From Bacillota bacterium (GTDB lineage: Bacteria > Bacillota > Limnochordia > Darwinibacteriales > Darwinibacteriaceae): 42,890 nucleotides of DNA. The stretch is taken from positions 1 to 42,890 of the forward strand of contig JAAZLY010000166.1 of the NCBI GenBank assembly GCA_012799115.1. Reading direction: 5' to 3'. Below are positions 1-12,588 of this stretch, one piece after another (the stretch's first letter is position 1; the number at the start of each line of letters is the position of its first letter). Below the pieces are notes generated by a model. The model did no database searches, was not told the origin of the DNA, and was given only the letters and a program-made list of their open reading frames with translations. The position numbers were made by a program, and so were the translations under genes.

Positions 1-1
1 C

Positions 2-1348
2 GGCGTTATCCAACCTGAAGCAGTCGCCTTTGACATCAACCAAGAAAATCCCACTGCGTCCCTGTACGCAGAGGCCGAGAGAATTGCAGAAATGGTTGTC
101 ACCACTCCCTCGGATATGTGCCGATTGTCTCATCGCCTTGATCAGATTGCCACCTCCCGCCGCTTTGGCATTCCGCTTATGCTTGGAATGTTGGCCACCG
201 TCTTATGGATCACAATTGTAGGTGCGAACTATCCGTCGGAACTTTTGACCCGCCTGTTTCTTGGTATAGAACGTGTGTTAAGTGGTCTCTTCACAAGATT
301 AGGGAGCCCTCTTTGGCTCCATGATTCCGTAGTCCTGGGCATGTTTCGAGGCCTTGCCTGGGTTGTCTCGGTCATGCTTCCACCGATGGCCATCTTTTTT
401 CCCCTCTTCACTCTCCTGGAGGATTTTGGCTATCTCCCCCGCTTAGCGTTCAATCTGGATGCGTTGTTCCAAAAGGCAGGGGCCCATGGCAAACAGTCTT
501 TGACAATGGCAATGGGCTTTGGTTGCAATGCCGTAGGTGTGATCGCAGCCCGGATCATCGACTCTCCTAGAGATCGCTTGCTTGCCATCCTCACGAATAA
601 TCTTGTACCGTGCAATGGTCGGTTTCCCATACTCATTGTCATGGGTTCTATCATGGCCGGCGCAGTCATCGGAACACAGATGACAAGCTTCTACGCGGTT
701 CTCATAGTCCTGACCGCGCTTGTCATGAGTGTCTTGGCTACACTGCTGATTTCCCGCCTTCTAACTGCAACGATGCTTCGGGGAGAGCCATCGTTTTTCA
801 TCCTCGAACTCCCCCCTTACCGTCGTCCTCAAATTGGAACAGTCCTAGTTCGCTCCTTTCTTGATCGGACACTGACCGTTTTGTGGCGAGCAGTCGTCGT
901 AGCTGCACCTTGCGGACTCATTACCTGGGTCTTGGCGAATGTCTGGTTACAGGACCAGACTCTTTTCACCCATCTATCCCTCTGGCTCCAACCTATCGGC
1001 GAGATGATGGGACTAGATGGAGTCATTCTCCTCGCCTTTATTCTGGGAATTCCAGCTAACGAAATCGTTCTGCCCATCATCTTTATGGGCTACCTCTCTG
1101 GCAACACGCTCATGGAAGTTCAAGGACTCCAGGCGATCCAGGGAATCCTAACAGCCAACGGTTGGACCTGGGTCACCGCCCTAAATTTTGTCATCTTCAC
1201 CATCTTCCACTGGCCCTGTGCCACCACGCTGCTAACGATCAAAAGAGAGACTGGAAGCCTAAAATGGACTTTTTTGGCAGCTGTTCTGCCCACCACTGTC
1301 GGTATTGCACTTTGCACCCTACTCACTAATATTATTGGTATGTTATAA
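2..1348 (+). CDS. feoB: Ferrous iron transporter FeoB, C-terminal membrane (gate / nucleoside-recognition) portion. The 5' end lies upstream of the window.
   Basis: The reading frame is open from base 2 (GVIQPEAVAFDINQ...), so the listed M at 92 is internal. The protein is polytopic, with FeoB-typical blocks LPPMAIFFPLFTLLEDFGYLPRLAFNLDALFQKAG, GFGCNAVGV and LVPCNGRFP. Confidence 0.85.
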   Translation, partial: GVIQPEAVAFDINQENPTASLYAEAERIAEMVVTTPSDMCRLSHRLDQIATSRRFGIPLMLGMLATVLWITIVGANYPSELLTRLFLGIERVLSGLFTRLGSPLWLHDSVVLGMFRGLAWVVSVMLPPMAIFFPLFTLLEDFGYLPRLAFNLDALFQKAGAHGKQSLTMAMGFGCNAVGVIAARIIDSPRDRLLAILTNNLVPCNGRFPILIVMGSIMAGAVIGTQMTSFYAVLIVLTALVMSVLATLLISRLLTATMLRGEPSFFILELPPYRRPQIGTVLVRSFLDRTLTVLWRAVVVAAPCGLITWVLANVWLQDQTLFTHLSLWLQPIGEMMGLDGVILLAFILGIPANEIVLPIIFMGYLSGNTLMEVQGLQAIQGILTANGWTWVTALNFVIFTIFHWPCATTLLTIKRETGSLKWTFLAAVLPTTVGIALCTLLTNIIGML

Positions 1349-1392
1349 TTCAGCGCCCCAAGGAGGGTCGCCCCTTTCCCCCTGTTAATAAT

Positions 1393-1422
1393 TTGACGTT
1401 CTATAATATAAAGGTGTATAAT
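1393..1422 (+). promoter_or_regulatory. Candidate sigma-70-type promoter for the PFOR gene
   Basis: TTGACG at 1393-1398, an 18-nt spacer, and TATAAT at 1417-1422, about 110 nt upstream of the ATG at 1533. Confidence 0.4.
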
Positions 1423-1529
1423 TGGGAAGGAATCCAATGGCTAATCGAGAAGGGATTCCCATGGAAAAAATGCCTGTCCTTGTGCCGCAGGCTTTATTTT
1501 CAATATTACTCAATAGGGGGTATAGTTAA

Positions 1530-5054
<3,525 letters not shown>

Positions 5055-5075
5055 TACTACATGAATGGAACCTGC

Positions 5076-5102
5076 AAAAGCAGCCCCTCGGGGCTGCTTT
5101 TT
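5076..5102. terminator. Bidirectional intrinsic terminator between nifJ and the convergent hydrolase gene
   Basis: aaaaGCAGCCCctcgGGGCTGCtttt: a 7-bp GC-rich stem with an A-run upstream and a T-run downstream. It sits directly between the two stop codons. Confidence 0.7.
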
Positions 5103-5711
5103 CTAGGCAAAGACGTGGTCACCGATCTGGAGCTTTACTGTGCGGGTCCACACCCAGCTTGACGGGGGTACCTTGCGGGGATTCCAAAAGAAGACCGACC
5201 CATGGGTCGGGTCTACACCCGACATAGCTTCTAGAACAGCAAGGTAGGCTAAATTGTCTGGCGTCTGATAAATTGTCCCGTTGGCCACCGGTTCGAACTG
5301 ACGGGGCTGAAAGATTGCCTCCCGTACTGTATTGGGGAAGTCTGGGTGCTTAACTCGGTTAAGCAAGACTGCGGCAACCGCGATCTGCCCTGTGAAGGGT
5401 TCTCCCCTCGCTTCAGCAAATACCAGACGAGCTAGGAGCGCAATATCATCTAAGTCGCTCTGGGAGTATACTCCCTCTGGCAAAACAAACCCACCCTCCA
5501 AAGACGGCAATGTGGGTGTAGACGGAAGTTCGTCGTTTACAATTGGCTCCTCATTGTCCTGGGAACCAACCGGTATAGTCAGGGATTGACCGATCATGAT
5601 TTGGTCTCCCTGCAGACCATTTGCCAAGCATAACTGCTCGAGGCTAACTTGATACTCCTGGGCTATGCGCCACAGAGTATCCCCAGCCTTCACGACATGA
5701 ATGCGAGACAC
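5103..5711 (-). CDS. LysM-domain cell wall hydrolase of the SleB/CwlJ (Hydrolase_2) type, a spore-cortex-lytic enzyme family
   Basis: The N-terminal LysM is HVVKAGDTLWRIAQEYQVSLEQLCLANGL...GQSLTIP. The C-terminal block is ARLVFAEARGEPFTGQIAVAAVLLNRVKHPDFPNTVREAIFQPRQFEPV. GTG start with SD AAAGGAG 7 nt upstream. Confidence 0.85.
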   Translation of the reverse strand: MSRIHVVKAGDTLWRIAQEYQVSLEQLCLANGLQGDQIMIGQSLTIPVGSQDNEEPIVNDELPSTPTLPSLEGGFVLPEGVYSQSDLDDIALLARLVFAEARGEPFTGQIAVAAVLLNRVKHPDFPNTVREAIFQPRQFEPVANGTIYQTPDNLAYLAVLEAMSGVDPTHGSVFFWNPRKVPPSSWVWTRTVKLQIGDHVFA

Positions 5712-5855
5712 GCGATCACTCCTTTCACTTGGGATTGTCTCCAGATAGCCTATGCAAGGAGGACGCCCTCGGCAACTTACCTAGGTACTTGAAGGAAGAA
5801 CGTTCTATATGTCAAACTATAGTGCATACTATATCCATCACTAAGGAGGATGAGA

Positions 5856-6563
5856 ATGACTACACCGCATAATGCAGCAAAACCCGGTGATATCGCAAAA
5901 ACGGTTCTGATGCCAGGCGATCCACTCCGGGCCAAGTTTGTAGCTGAGACGTATCTTACAGATGTTAAGTGTTACAACGAAGTTCGGGGTATGTATGGTT
6001 TTACAGGGCTTTACCAGGGAAAACCCGTGTCCGTACAGGGCCATGGAATGGGAATGCCTTCCATTGGAATTTATACCTACGAACTGTATAATATGTATGA
6101 TGTAGACAACAACATACGTATCGGTTCAGCAGGTGCGATCCGCGAAGACGTGAAGATCATGGATCTGGTCTTTGGCATGGGCGCCTGTACAGACTCAAAT
6201 TATGCCTATCAATACGGCATGCCAGGCACCTACGCCCCTATCGCGACGTATGAACTCCTAGAAAAGGCTGTAGAGATCGCCAAGGAGAAAGGGCAAAAGT
6301 ACTTTGTGGGCAACATTTTGTCAGCAGACATCTTCTACAATGAGTTGGGTAAACCAACTGCTTGGAAGGAAATGGGTGTGCTCGCTGTAGAAATGGAAGC
6401 AGCTGCCTTATACCTCAATGCAGCCAAAGCCAAGAAAAACGCCCTCTGTATGCTAACGATCTCTGATGAACTTCACAGTGGCAAAGAACTCCCGGCCCAT
6501 GATCGCCAAGTCAGTTTCACGCAGATGATGGAAATCGCCCTGGAGCTGGCCATTAGTCTCTAG
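5856..6563 (+). CDS. deoD: Purine nucleoside phosphorylase, DeoD type
   Basis: Motifs [44 protein letters not shown] and [10 protein letters not shown] prefer the ATG at 5856 over 5850 because the SD AAGGAGG (5843-5849) is then 6 nt upstream. Confidence 0.9.
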   Translation: MTTPHNAAKPGDIAKTVLMPGDPLRAKFVAETYLTDVKCYNEVRGMYGFTGLYQGKPVSVQGHGMGMPSIGIYTYELYNMYDVDNNIRIGSAGAIREDVKIMDLVFGMGACTDSNYAYQYGMPGTYAPIATYELLEKAVEIAKEKGQKYFVGNILSADIFYNELGKPTAWKEMGVLAVEMEAAALYLNAAKAKKNALCMLTISDELHSGKELPAHDRQVSFTQMMEIALELAISL

Positions 6564-6580
6564 ACGTCCCGAAAACTCGA

Positions 6581-6613
6581 AAACCCAACCCCCTTGGGTT
6601 GGGTTTCTTTATT
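6581..6613 (+). terminator. Intrinsic terminator after deoD
   Basis: AAACCCAACCC-cctt-GGGTTGGGTTT is a perfect 11-bp stem followed by a T-rich tail (tctttattctt). Confidence 0.7.
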
Positions 6614-6666
6614 CTTGGGATTCATTGATGCTATCTATATCCTACTCAGATTGCTGGAGGTTTCCT

Positions 6667-7923
6667 ATGAAAAGACCATTTGTTGATGCAACAACCCTAC
6701 GTAAAATCGTTGCAGAGTACCCCACTCCCTTTCATCTCTATGACGAACAAGGCATTCGAGATAACGCCCGCCGGCTTCACCAGGCCTTCGCTTGGAACGC
6801 AGGCTTTAAAGAGTACTTTGCCGTCAAGGCCACGCCGAATCCCACGATTCTGACCATCCTTAAAGAAGAAGGTTGCGGAGTGGACTGCGCTACATCTACC
6901 GAACTACTTCTTGCTGATGCAGTAGGATTTAAGGGACAGGAGATCATGTTTTCATCCAATATGACATCCCTTGAGGATTTTCAGCATGCCCACCAACTTG
7001 GTGCCATCATAAACCTCGATGATCTGACTGATGTAGAGTACATCAAACAGCTGCCCACGATTCCTAAAACAATCTGTTTGCGCTATAATCCAGGGGGCAA
7101 TTTCTCCATTAGCAATGAGATCATGGATACCCCTGGTGAGGCAAAATATGGTATGACTCGCTCCCAGCTCAGTCTAGCCATTACCCAGCTCTTGGATCTT
7201 GGTGTCGAACAATTTGGACTTCATGCCTTTTTAGCCAGCAACACGACGACGAACGACTACTATCCCACCCTGGCCAAGATTCTTTTTGAACTCGTTCGAG
7301 ATCTACAAGAGGAGACAGGAGCCCACTTCACTTTGGTGAATCTCTCAGGGGGCATTGGCGTTCCCTACCACCCCGACCAAAAAGCTGCAGACATTACGGC
7401 TATCGGCTCTGGGGTAGAAGTAGCCTTCAACAGCATTCTAGTGCCAGCTGGCCTAGGAGATCTGTCTATCGTTGCCGAACTAGGGCGTTTTATGCTGGCA
7501 CCGTACGGGCACTTAGTGGCCACCGCTGTACGTCGTAAGGACATCTATAAGCACTATATTGGCCTAGATGCCTCTGCGGCCAATCTGATGCGTCCGGCCA
7601 TGTATGGGTCGTATCATCACATTACCATTGCAGGCAAAGAAGATGCCCCCCATGACCACATCTATGATGTCGTAGGAGGGCTCTGCGAGAACAATGACAA
7701 GTTTGCGATTAACAGGAAGTTACCAGAGATTGAGCTGGGTGACCTAGTCGTAATTCACGACACAGGTGCCCACGGTTTCTCCATGGGATACAACTACAAT
7801 GGGAAACTCCGCTCAGCAGAAGTATTACTCAAGGCTGATGGGAGCACCGAACTGATTCGTCGGGCCGAAACCCCTGAGGATTACTTCGCTACCCTCAAGC
7901 TTCCTGTACGCTCAAGCCTTTAG
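6667..7923 (+). CDS. lysA: PLP-dependent decarboxylase of the diaminopimelate decarboxylase (LysA) / Orn-DAP-Arg decarboxylase fold family
   Basis: The PLP-lysine context is YFAVKATPNP. The C-terminal block is GGLCENNDKF...GDLVVIHDTGAHGFSMGYNYNGKLRSAEVLL. The ATG at 6667 is preceded by GGAGG 6 nt upstream, so the listed start at 6625 is probably too long. The exact substrate (DAP versus a related amine) cannot be fixed by eye. Confidence 0.8.
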   Translation: MKRPFVDATTLRKIVAEYPTPFHLYDEQGIRDNARRLHQAFAWNAGFKEYFAVKATPNPTILTILKEEGCGVDCATSTELLLADAVGFKGQEIMFSSNMTSLEDFQHAHQLGAIINLDDLTDVEYIKQLPTIPKTICLRYNPGGNFSISNEIMDTPGEAKYGMTRSQLSLAITQLLDLGVEQFGLHAFLASNTTTNDYYPTLAKILFELVRDLQEETGAHFTLVNLSGGIGVPYHPDQKAADITAIGSGVEVAFNSILVPAGLGDLSIVAELGRFMLAPYGHLVATAVRRKDIYKHYIGLDASAANLMRPAMYGSYHHITIAGKEDAPHDHIYDVVGGLCENNDKFAINRKLPEIELGDLVVIHDTGAHGFSMGYNYNGKLRSAEVLLKADGSTELIRRAETPEDYFATLKLPVRSSL

Positions 7924-8442
7924 CCTGGCTTGAAACTCTTTGCGGAACTTGACCACTTTAGGGGCAATCACCATCTGACAATACCCCTGCTGGGGGTTTA
8001 GGGCAAAGTAATCGTGATGATAGTCTTCAGCAGGATAGAAGATCGCTAGTTGCGTAAGTTCAGTGACAATGGGATCATCCCAAAGTGAAGCCATGTTGGT
8101 CATCACTTCCCTAGCGACTTCTTTTTCGTCGTCAGTTTCATAGAAGACAACAGAACGGTATTGGGTGCCAACGTCTCCCCCTTGCCGATTTAGCGTTGTT
8201 GGATCATGAATGCTAAAGAAGACTTCCAAGAGGTCTTTGTAGCTGATGACATCTGGGTCATAGGTGATTTGAATGACCTCAGCGTGGCCCGTTTCATCTG
8301 TGCAGACTTGCTTATAGGTCGGATTTTCCACGTGCCCACCACTATAACCGGGAACAACGGCTACTACACCCTTTAGATCCTTAAAGATCGCTTCTAGACA
8401 CCAAAAACATCCTCCACCAAACGTGGCCGTGCGATGATTCAT
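7912..8442 (-). CDS. msrA: Peptide-methionine (S)-S-oxide reductase MsrA
   Basis: The catalytic motif is GGGCFWCLEAIF, followed by GYSGG...NPTYKQVC...GHAEVIQITYDP. I prefer the ATG at 8442 (MNHRTATFGGGCFWC); the listed TTG at 8472 adds 10 aa. Confidence 0.9.
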   Translation of the reverse strand: MNHRTATFGGGCFWCLEAIFKDLKGVVAVVPGYSGGHVENPTYKQVCTDETGHAEVIQITYDPDVISYKDLLEVFFSIHDPTTLNRQGGDVGTQYRSVVFYETDDEKEVAREVMTNMASLWDDPIVTELTQLAIFYPAEDYHHDYFALNPQQGYCQMVIAPKVVKFRKEFQARLKA

Positions 8443-8486
8443 GCTTCTCGTCCCTTCGAATTCAAATATCAAGAAAAGGTGATCAC

Positions 8487-9251
8487 TTGGATTCTATCTA
8501 TAGATATCCCCAATACTATGAAATAGCCTACTCCTACCGGAATATTGCCGCGGAAGTCGATGTAATGGAGGAAGCTGTGCGCAAGTACTCCAAGATTCCG
8601 GTACAGACTGTCTTGGAACTAGCATGTGGCAACAGTCCCCACATGCTTGAGCTAGCTGCTCGGGGTTACGATTACTATGGCCTAGACATAAGTCCTACCA
8701 TGATCGAGTTTGCCCAAGAAAAAGCCAGAGAACACGGACTGGATGTCCATTTTTATCTAGCCAACTTCGTCGACTTTCAGATCGAAAAGCCGGTAGACTT
8801 CGTCTACATCATGCTCGGTTCTCTCTATGTGAATAACACCGAAGAGCTTCTCAGTCACTTTGCCAATGTGTATCAAGCCCTGAAACCTGGCGGACTGTAC
8901 TTCCTCGAATGGTGCATTGACTTTGCTTCCCTCGATAACAGCCTTGATAGCTGGGTCATGCGTCAAGACGGGATCACCGTTACCACCCGTTACTCAACGC
9001 GTCTACATAATGCCCCAGAGCAGCTCTATGAAGAGAACATCCTCTTTACCATCAAAGATAAGGGGAAACCCCTCAAGTTACTCCATACAGGCCTACGGAG
9101 AGCGATCTTTCCTCAGGAGTTTGTCTTGGCCGCCACCAAGCTCAACGGATTTGAGCTTCTAGGTTGGTGGGATGACTGGAACTGGAATCGTCCCCTAGGA
9201 GAAGGACGGGGCGAAATCGTCCGCCCCATCACAGTATTACGCCGTCCCTAG
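8487..9251 (+). CDS. Class I SAM-dependent methyltransferase
   Basis: SAM-binding motif I is VLELACGNSPHMLELAARGYDYYGLDISPTMIEFA, and the post-I/II region contains LKPGGLYF. TTG start. Confidence 0.8.
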   Translation: MDSIYRYPQYYEIAYSYRNIAAEVDVMEEAVRKYSKIPVQTVLELACGNSPHMLELAARGYDYYGLDISPTMIEFAQEKAREHGLDVHFYLANFVDFQIEKPVDFVYIMLGSLYVNNTEELLSHFANVYQALKPGGLYFLEWCIDFASLDNSLDSWVMRQDGITVTTRYSTRLHNAPEQLYEENILFTIKDKGKPLKLLHTGLRRAIFPQEFVLAATKLNGFELLGWWDDWNWNRPLGEGRGEIVRPITVLRRP

Positions 9252-10429
9252 CTAGCTGTGCCTCGGCAGAGTTGATAAATGGACAAGACGTCCTTTTGAC
9301 CTAAGGTCATGAAGCTACCGAGTGTCTGTGTGTCTCCAGCGGTGGCCTTCTCGGCCATCTCCTGGAGACGATCGGTTGGGATATTAGCTTCGGCCAACGT
9401 TGTTGGTAAGCCAATGCGGTGGAAGAAATCTTCTAGACGGCGAATCCCTTCGAGAATCGTTCGTTCTGGATTGTGGAAATCTTGCTCTACGCCAAAGACC
9501 CGGACCGCAAACTGTACAAAGCGCTCTGGGTTTTGCTTATACACGTACTTCATCCAAGCCGGAAACACAATGGACAAACCGGCGCCATGAGCAATGTCAT
9601 AAATTGCACTGAGCTCGTGTTCGATATTATGCGAAGCCCAATCCTCGCTACGCCCCATGCCTAAGAGATCGTTATGGGCAATCGTCCCGGCCCACATGAT
9701 GTTGGCTCTGGCACCATAATTCTCTGGCTCGGCAATGGCGATAGGAGCTTCCTGGATAATGCTGCGCATTGCTGCTTCACAGAGGTGATCGCTAAAGCCG
9801 ACATCCTCTTCATTGGTGAAGTAACGTTCCATGATATGGGCCATCATGTCAGACACACCACAAGCAGTCTGATAGGCTGGAAGAGTAAAGGTCAGCTCGG
9901 GGTTAAGTAAGGCAAACTTCGGACGCATTACAAGGGCTCCGTAACCGACTTTGAGCCAACCATCCTCATTTGTGATAACTGAACTTGGGCTCGATTCGCT
10001 ACCTGCAGCTGGAATCGTTAGAACAACTCCCAGTGGCAAGCTCTCTTCTGCCTTCGCTTTACCTGCATAGAAATCCCAGACATCACCATCGTAAGGTACG
10101 CCAATGGCGATCGCTTTCGCTGAGTCAATGGCGCTACCGCCACCCACGGCTAGGATCAGATCTACCTGCTCCTTACGGGCTAGCTCAATACCCTCTCGAA
10201 CCAGACTCAGTCTCGGATTGGGCTGGGCGCCACCGAGTTCCACGATCTCCAGACCGGCTTCCTTCAGGGAGTCTACGACCCGATCCTTTAGGCCGGTTCG
10301 GACAATATGCCCTCCGCCATAGTGCAATAGAACTTTCTTGCCCCAAAGAGCAGCTTCTTTACCTGCGCGTTCTTCTGCTCCCCGTCCAAAAACAATCTTT
10401 GTGACGTTAGAAAACGTAAAATCTAACAT
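9248..10429 (-). CDS. Iron-containing (group III) alcohol dehydrogenase, YqhD/BdhA-like
   Basis: Motifs VLLHYGGGHIVRTGL, LILAVGGGSAIDSAKAIA and the His-rich metal site SDMMAHIMERYF...HNIEHELS. An SD AGGAGGA lies in the 15-nt gap after the GH130 gene. Confidence 0.9.
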   Translation of the reverse strand: MLDFTFSNVTKIVFGRGAEERAGKEAALWGKKVLLHYGGGHIVRTGLKDRVVDSLKEAGLEIVELGGAQPNPRLSLVREGIELARKEQVDLILAVGGGSAIDSAKAIAIGVPYDGDVWDFYAGKAKAEESLPLGVVLTIPAAGSESSPSSVITNEDGWLKVGYGALVMRPKFALLNPELTFTLPAYQTACGVSDMMAHIMERYFTNEEDVGFSDHLCEAAMRSIIQEAPIAIAEPENYGARANIMWAGTIAHNDLLGMGRSEDWASHNIEHELSAIYDIAHGAGLSIVFPAWMKYVYKQNPERFVQFAVRVFGVEQDFHNPERTILEGIRRLEDFFHRIGLPTTLAEANIPTDRLQEMAEKATAGDTQTLGSFMTLGQKDVLSIYQLCRGTAS

Positions 10430-10444
10430 GATATCTCCTCCTGA

Positions 10445-11428
10445 CTAAAGACTTGAGTTGTCCTTCGTAAATTGAACCAGTTCTTGCACGTAGCCAAAGG
10501 CTACGGCCGTGACCGTATCTGCGCCGCCATAATAGAGGACTAAGCGGCCCGTGGCACTATCAACCAAGGCTGCACAAGGAAACGCTACGTTTGGTACATC
10601 TCCCACACACTCATAGTATGTTTGAGGTGATAGAATATAAGGGCTCGTTCTTGCCAAAACCCTCCAAGGCTGATCTAAGTCCAAGAGGGCTGCCCCAACG
10701 CTGTAGACGAAACCGTTACAGGATGTAAGGACACCGTGGTAGATCAAGAGCCAACCCTCAGAGGTTTCAATCGGGATGGGTCCTGCGCCGATCTTCGTCG
10801 ACTGCCAGCCCACTGTAGTTCCCATAACATGACGATGCTTGCCCCAATAGACCATATCAGGACTCTCGCTATAAAAGATATCGCCAAATGGTGTGTGGCC
10901 GTTATCACTAGGTCTAGACACCATAGCGAAATTCCCATTAATCTTCCGAGGGAATAGCACACCATTACGGTTAAACGGCAAAAAGGCGTTCTCAAGCTGA
11001 TGGAAGTCTATGAAGTCATGGGTATATGCCACACCGATGGTTGGACCATGATAACCGTTACACCAGGTTACATAATAGCGGTCTTCGATCCATACCACAC
11101 GAGGATCATAACCATAGACGAAGTTGCCAATCTCGGGGTCATCGCAGATAAAACGGATCGGTTCGTGCTCGATCGTCCAGTTTAGGGCATCTTTGCTCCG
11201 ACCCGAGTGAATACGCATTTCCCTCGCCCTATTATCTACTCTGAAGACTCCCCGAAACTCATCGCCATAGGGCACAACTGCGCTATTGAAGATGCTATTT
11301 GCACAAGGAATCAGGTCCCGGGGGATCACAGGATTCTCGGAATAACGCCATAAGACATCACTGTTTCCCGTAGGACGTTCTTGCCAGGGGATATTAGGTA
11401 TGTTCTGGCCTATGATTTTTAGACTCAT
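10445..11428 (-). CDS. Glycoside hydrolase family 130 enzyme (beta-mannoside phosphorylase/hydrolase type, short TM1225-like form)
   Basis: 327 aa. Motifs [10 protein letters not shown]...[12 protein letters not shown]...[54 protein letters not shown] and [21 protein letters not shown]. These blocks are characteristic of GH130. Confidence 0.85.
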   Translation of the reverse strand: MSLKIIGQNIPNIPWQERPTGNSDVLWRYSENPVIPRDLIPCANSIFNSAVVPYGDEFRGVFRVDNRAREMRIHSGRSKDALNWTIEHEPIRFICDDPEIGNFVYGYDPRVVWIEDRYYVTWCNGYHGPTIGVAYTHDFIDFHQLENAFLPFNRNGVLFPRKINGNFAMVSRPSDNGHTPFGDIFYSESPDMVYWGKHRHVMGTTVGWQSTKIGAGPIPIETSEGWLLIYHGVLTSCNGFVYSVGAALLDLDQPWRVLARTSPYILSPQTYYECVGDVPNVAFPCAALVDSATGRLVLYYGGADTVTAVAFGYVQELVQFTKDNSSL

Positions 11429-11451
11429 GTGTCAGCTCCATTCATCATTAT

Positions 11452-12063
11452 TTAGAGCTTCTCCGGCTCCGGATACGTTACGCCAAAGGTCTCTACTGTC
11501 ATCTTCTGAATCACTTGGTCTTCAAGTGGCCGATCCATTCTGTTACGGTCCACAGCGACGATCTTATCGGCTACTTCAATGCCTTCGACCACTCGACCAA
11601 AGGATGCATAGGCCCCATCGAGATGTGGAGAATCAGCAACCATGATGAAGAACTGAGAACCTGCTGAATCAGGGATGCTGGTGCGCGCCATGGAAATCAC
11701 ACCGCGCTCGTGTTTGAGACTATTAGGAAACCCATTTTGACTAAACTCGCCCTTGATGCTATAACCCGGTCCGCCACTGCCCGTGCCGGTGGGATCGCCA
11801 CCCTGAATCATAAACCCAGGAATGACCCGATGGAAAATCACTCCATCATAGTAGCCTTGCTTCACTAGGGAGATAAAGTTATTGACTGTATTGGGTGCTA
11901 TGTCTGGGTATAGTTCGATCTCCATTGTGCCAAGCTCTCCTAAGTCTACCGTGACTCGAGGATTTCTGGCATCCACTCCCTCTGCATGTGCCGGTCCTGT
12001 TAGTACCAAGGCAAGCACTGCTACTGCCATAATTCCTACTATCAACATACTCATGGAATCCAC
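11452..12063 (-). CDS. Exported cyclophilin-type peptidyl-prolyl cis-trans isomerase
   Basis: The signal peptide is MLIVGIMAVAVLALVLTGPAHAEG, with no lipobox Cys. The cyclophilin core includes FHRVIPGFMIQGGDP and SMARTSIPDSAGSQFFI. Confidence 0.9.
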   Translation of the reverse strand: MDSMSMLIVGIMAVAVLALVLTGPAHAEGVDARNPRVTVDLGELGTMEIELYPDIAPNTVNNFISLVKQGYYDGVIFHRVIPGFMIQGGDPTGTGSGGPGYSIKGEFSQNGFPNSLKHERGVISMARTSIPDSAGSQFFIMVADSPHLDGAYASFGRVVEGIEVADKIVAVDRNRMDRPLEDQVIQKMTVETFGVTYPEPEKL

Positions 12064-12171
12064 TGCATCAACCTCCGTCTATTTTGCTAGATATACTCAT
12101 TATACCACATTTCCAGGCAGGAACTGATAGTCTTACGGAGAAACCCTGTCTGGAAAGGAGTGAGATTGTCT

Positions 12172-12588
12172 ATGTGGAAAGAACACTACCGGGTTGGCTC
12201 TGATCTCATCGACACCCAACACCAAGAACTCTTCAGACGAGTATCCGCCTTCATTAAGGTGGTGCAGAGCGATCGTCCCTGGGAAGAACGCCTGGAAGAG
12301 GTAGAGGAAACCCTTGCTTTTATGCAACATTACGTGATCATCCATTTTGCAGACGAAGAACAGTTGCAACAGGAGATCGGCTACCCTGGATTTGAAAAAC
12401 ACAGGCAGATTCATGAGAACTTCAAAGCAGAGGTTCAAGCGTTTGCCAAGACAGTTGAACTTGAAGGTTTTAACGAAGAAAAGGTCCAGGAGTTTAGCGC
12501 TAAAGTCATGACTTGGTTAATCATGCACGTAGGTCGCGAAGACCAGAAAATTGGTGAGTTCCTGCGTTCAAAGGAGGTCACAAATTGA
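12172..12588 (+). CDS. Bacteriohemerythrin (single hemerythrin-like metal-binding domain)
   Basis: Motifs MWKEHYRVGSDLIDTQHQELF, the His/Glu ligand pattern HFADEE...HRQIH, and LIMHVGREDQKIG. An SD GGAAAGGAG sits at 12152-12160. The listed GTG at 12160 is an alternative start. Confidence 0.85.
   Translation: MWKEHYRVGSDLIDTQHQELFRRVSAFIKVVQSDRPWEERLEEVEETLAFMQHYVIIHFADEEQLQQEIGYPGFEKHRQIHENFKAEVQAFAKTVELEGFNEEKVQEFSAKVMTWLIMHVGREDQKIGEFLRSKEVTN

Noticed and set aside
1429-1500. Two hairpins in the PFOR leader: GGAATCC...GGATTCC at 1429-1459, and GCCTG...CAGGC followed by TTTATTTT at 1472-1500. These could be an attenuator or riboswitch.
   Set aside because: The stems are only 7 and 5 bp. I recognise no known riboswitch consensus. 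The second hairpin is too weak to call a terminator with confidence.
5712-5855. I looked for a purine riboswitch upstream of deoD, a lysine riboswitch upstream of the lysA-family gene (6564-6666), and sporulation-sigma promoters upstream of the SleB-like gene.
   Set aside because: The intergenic regions are too short or lack the conserved cores. A CATAggcTA match to a SigK-type -10 has no properly spaced -35 element.
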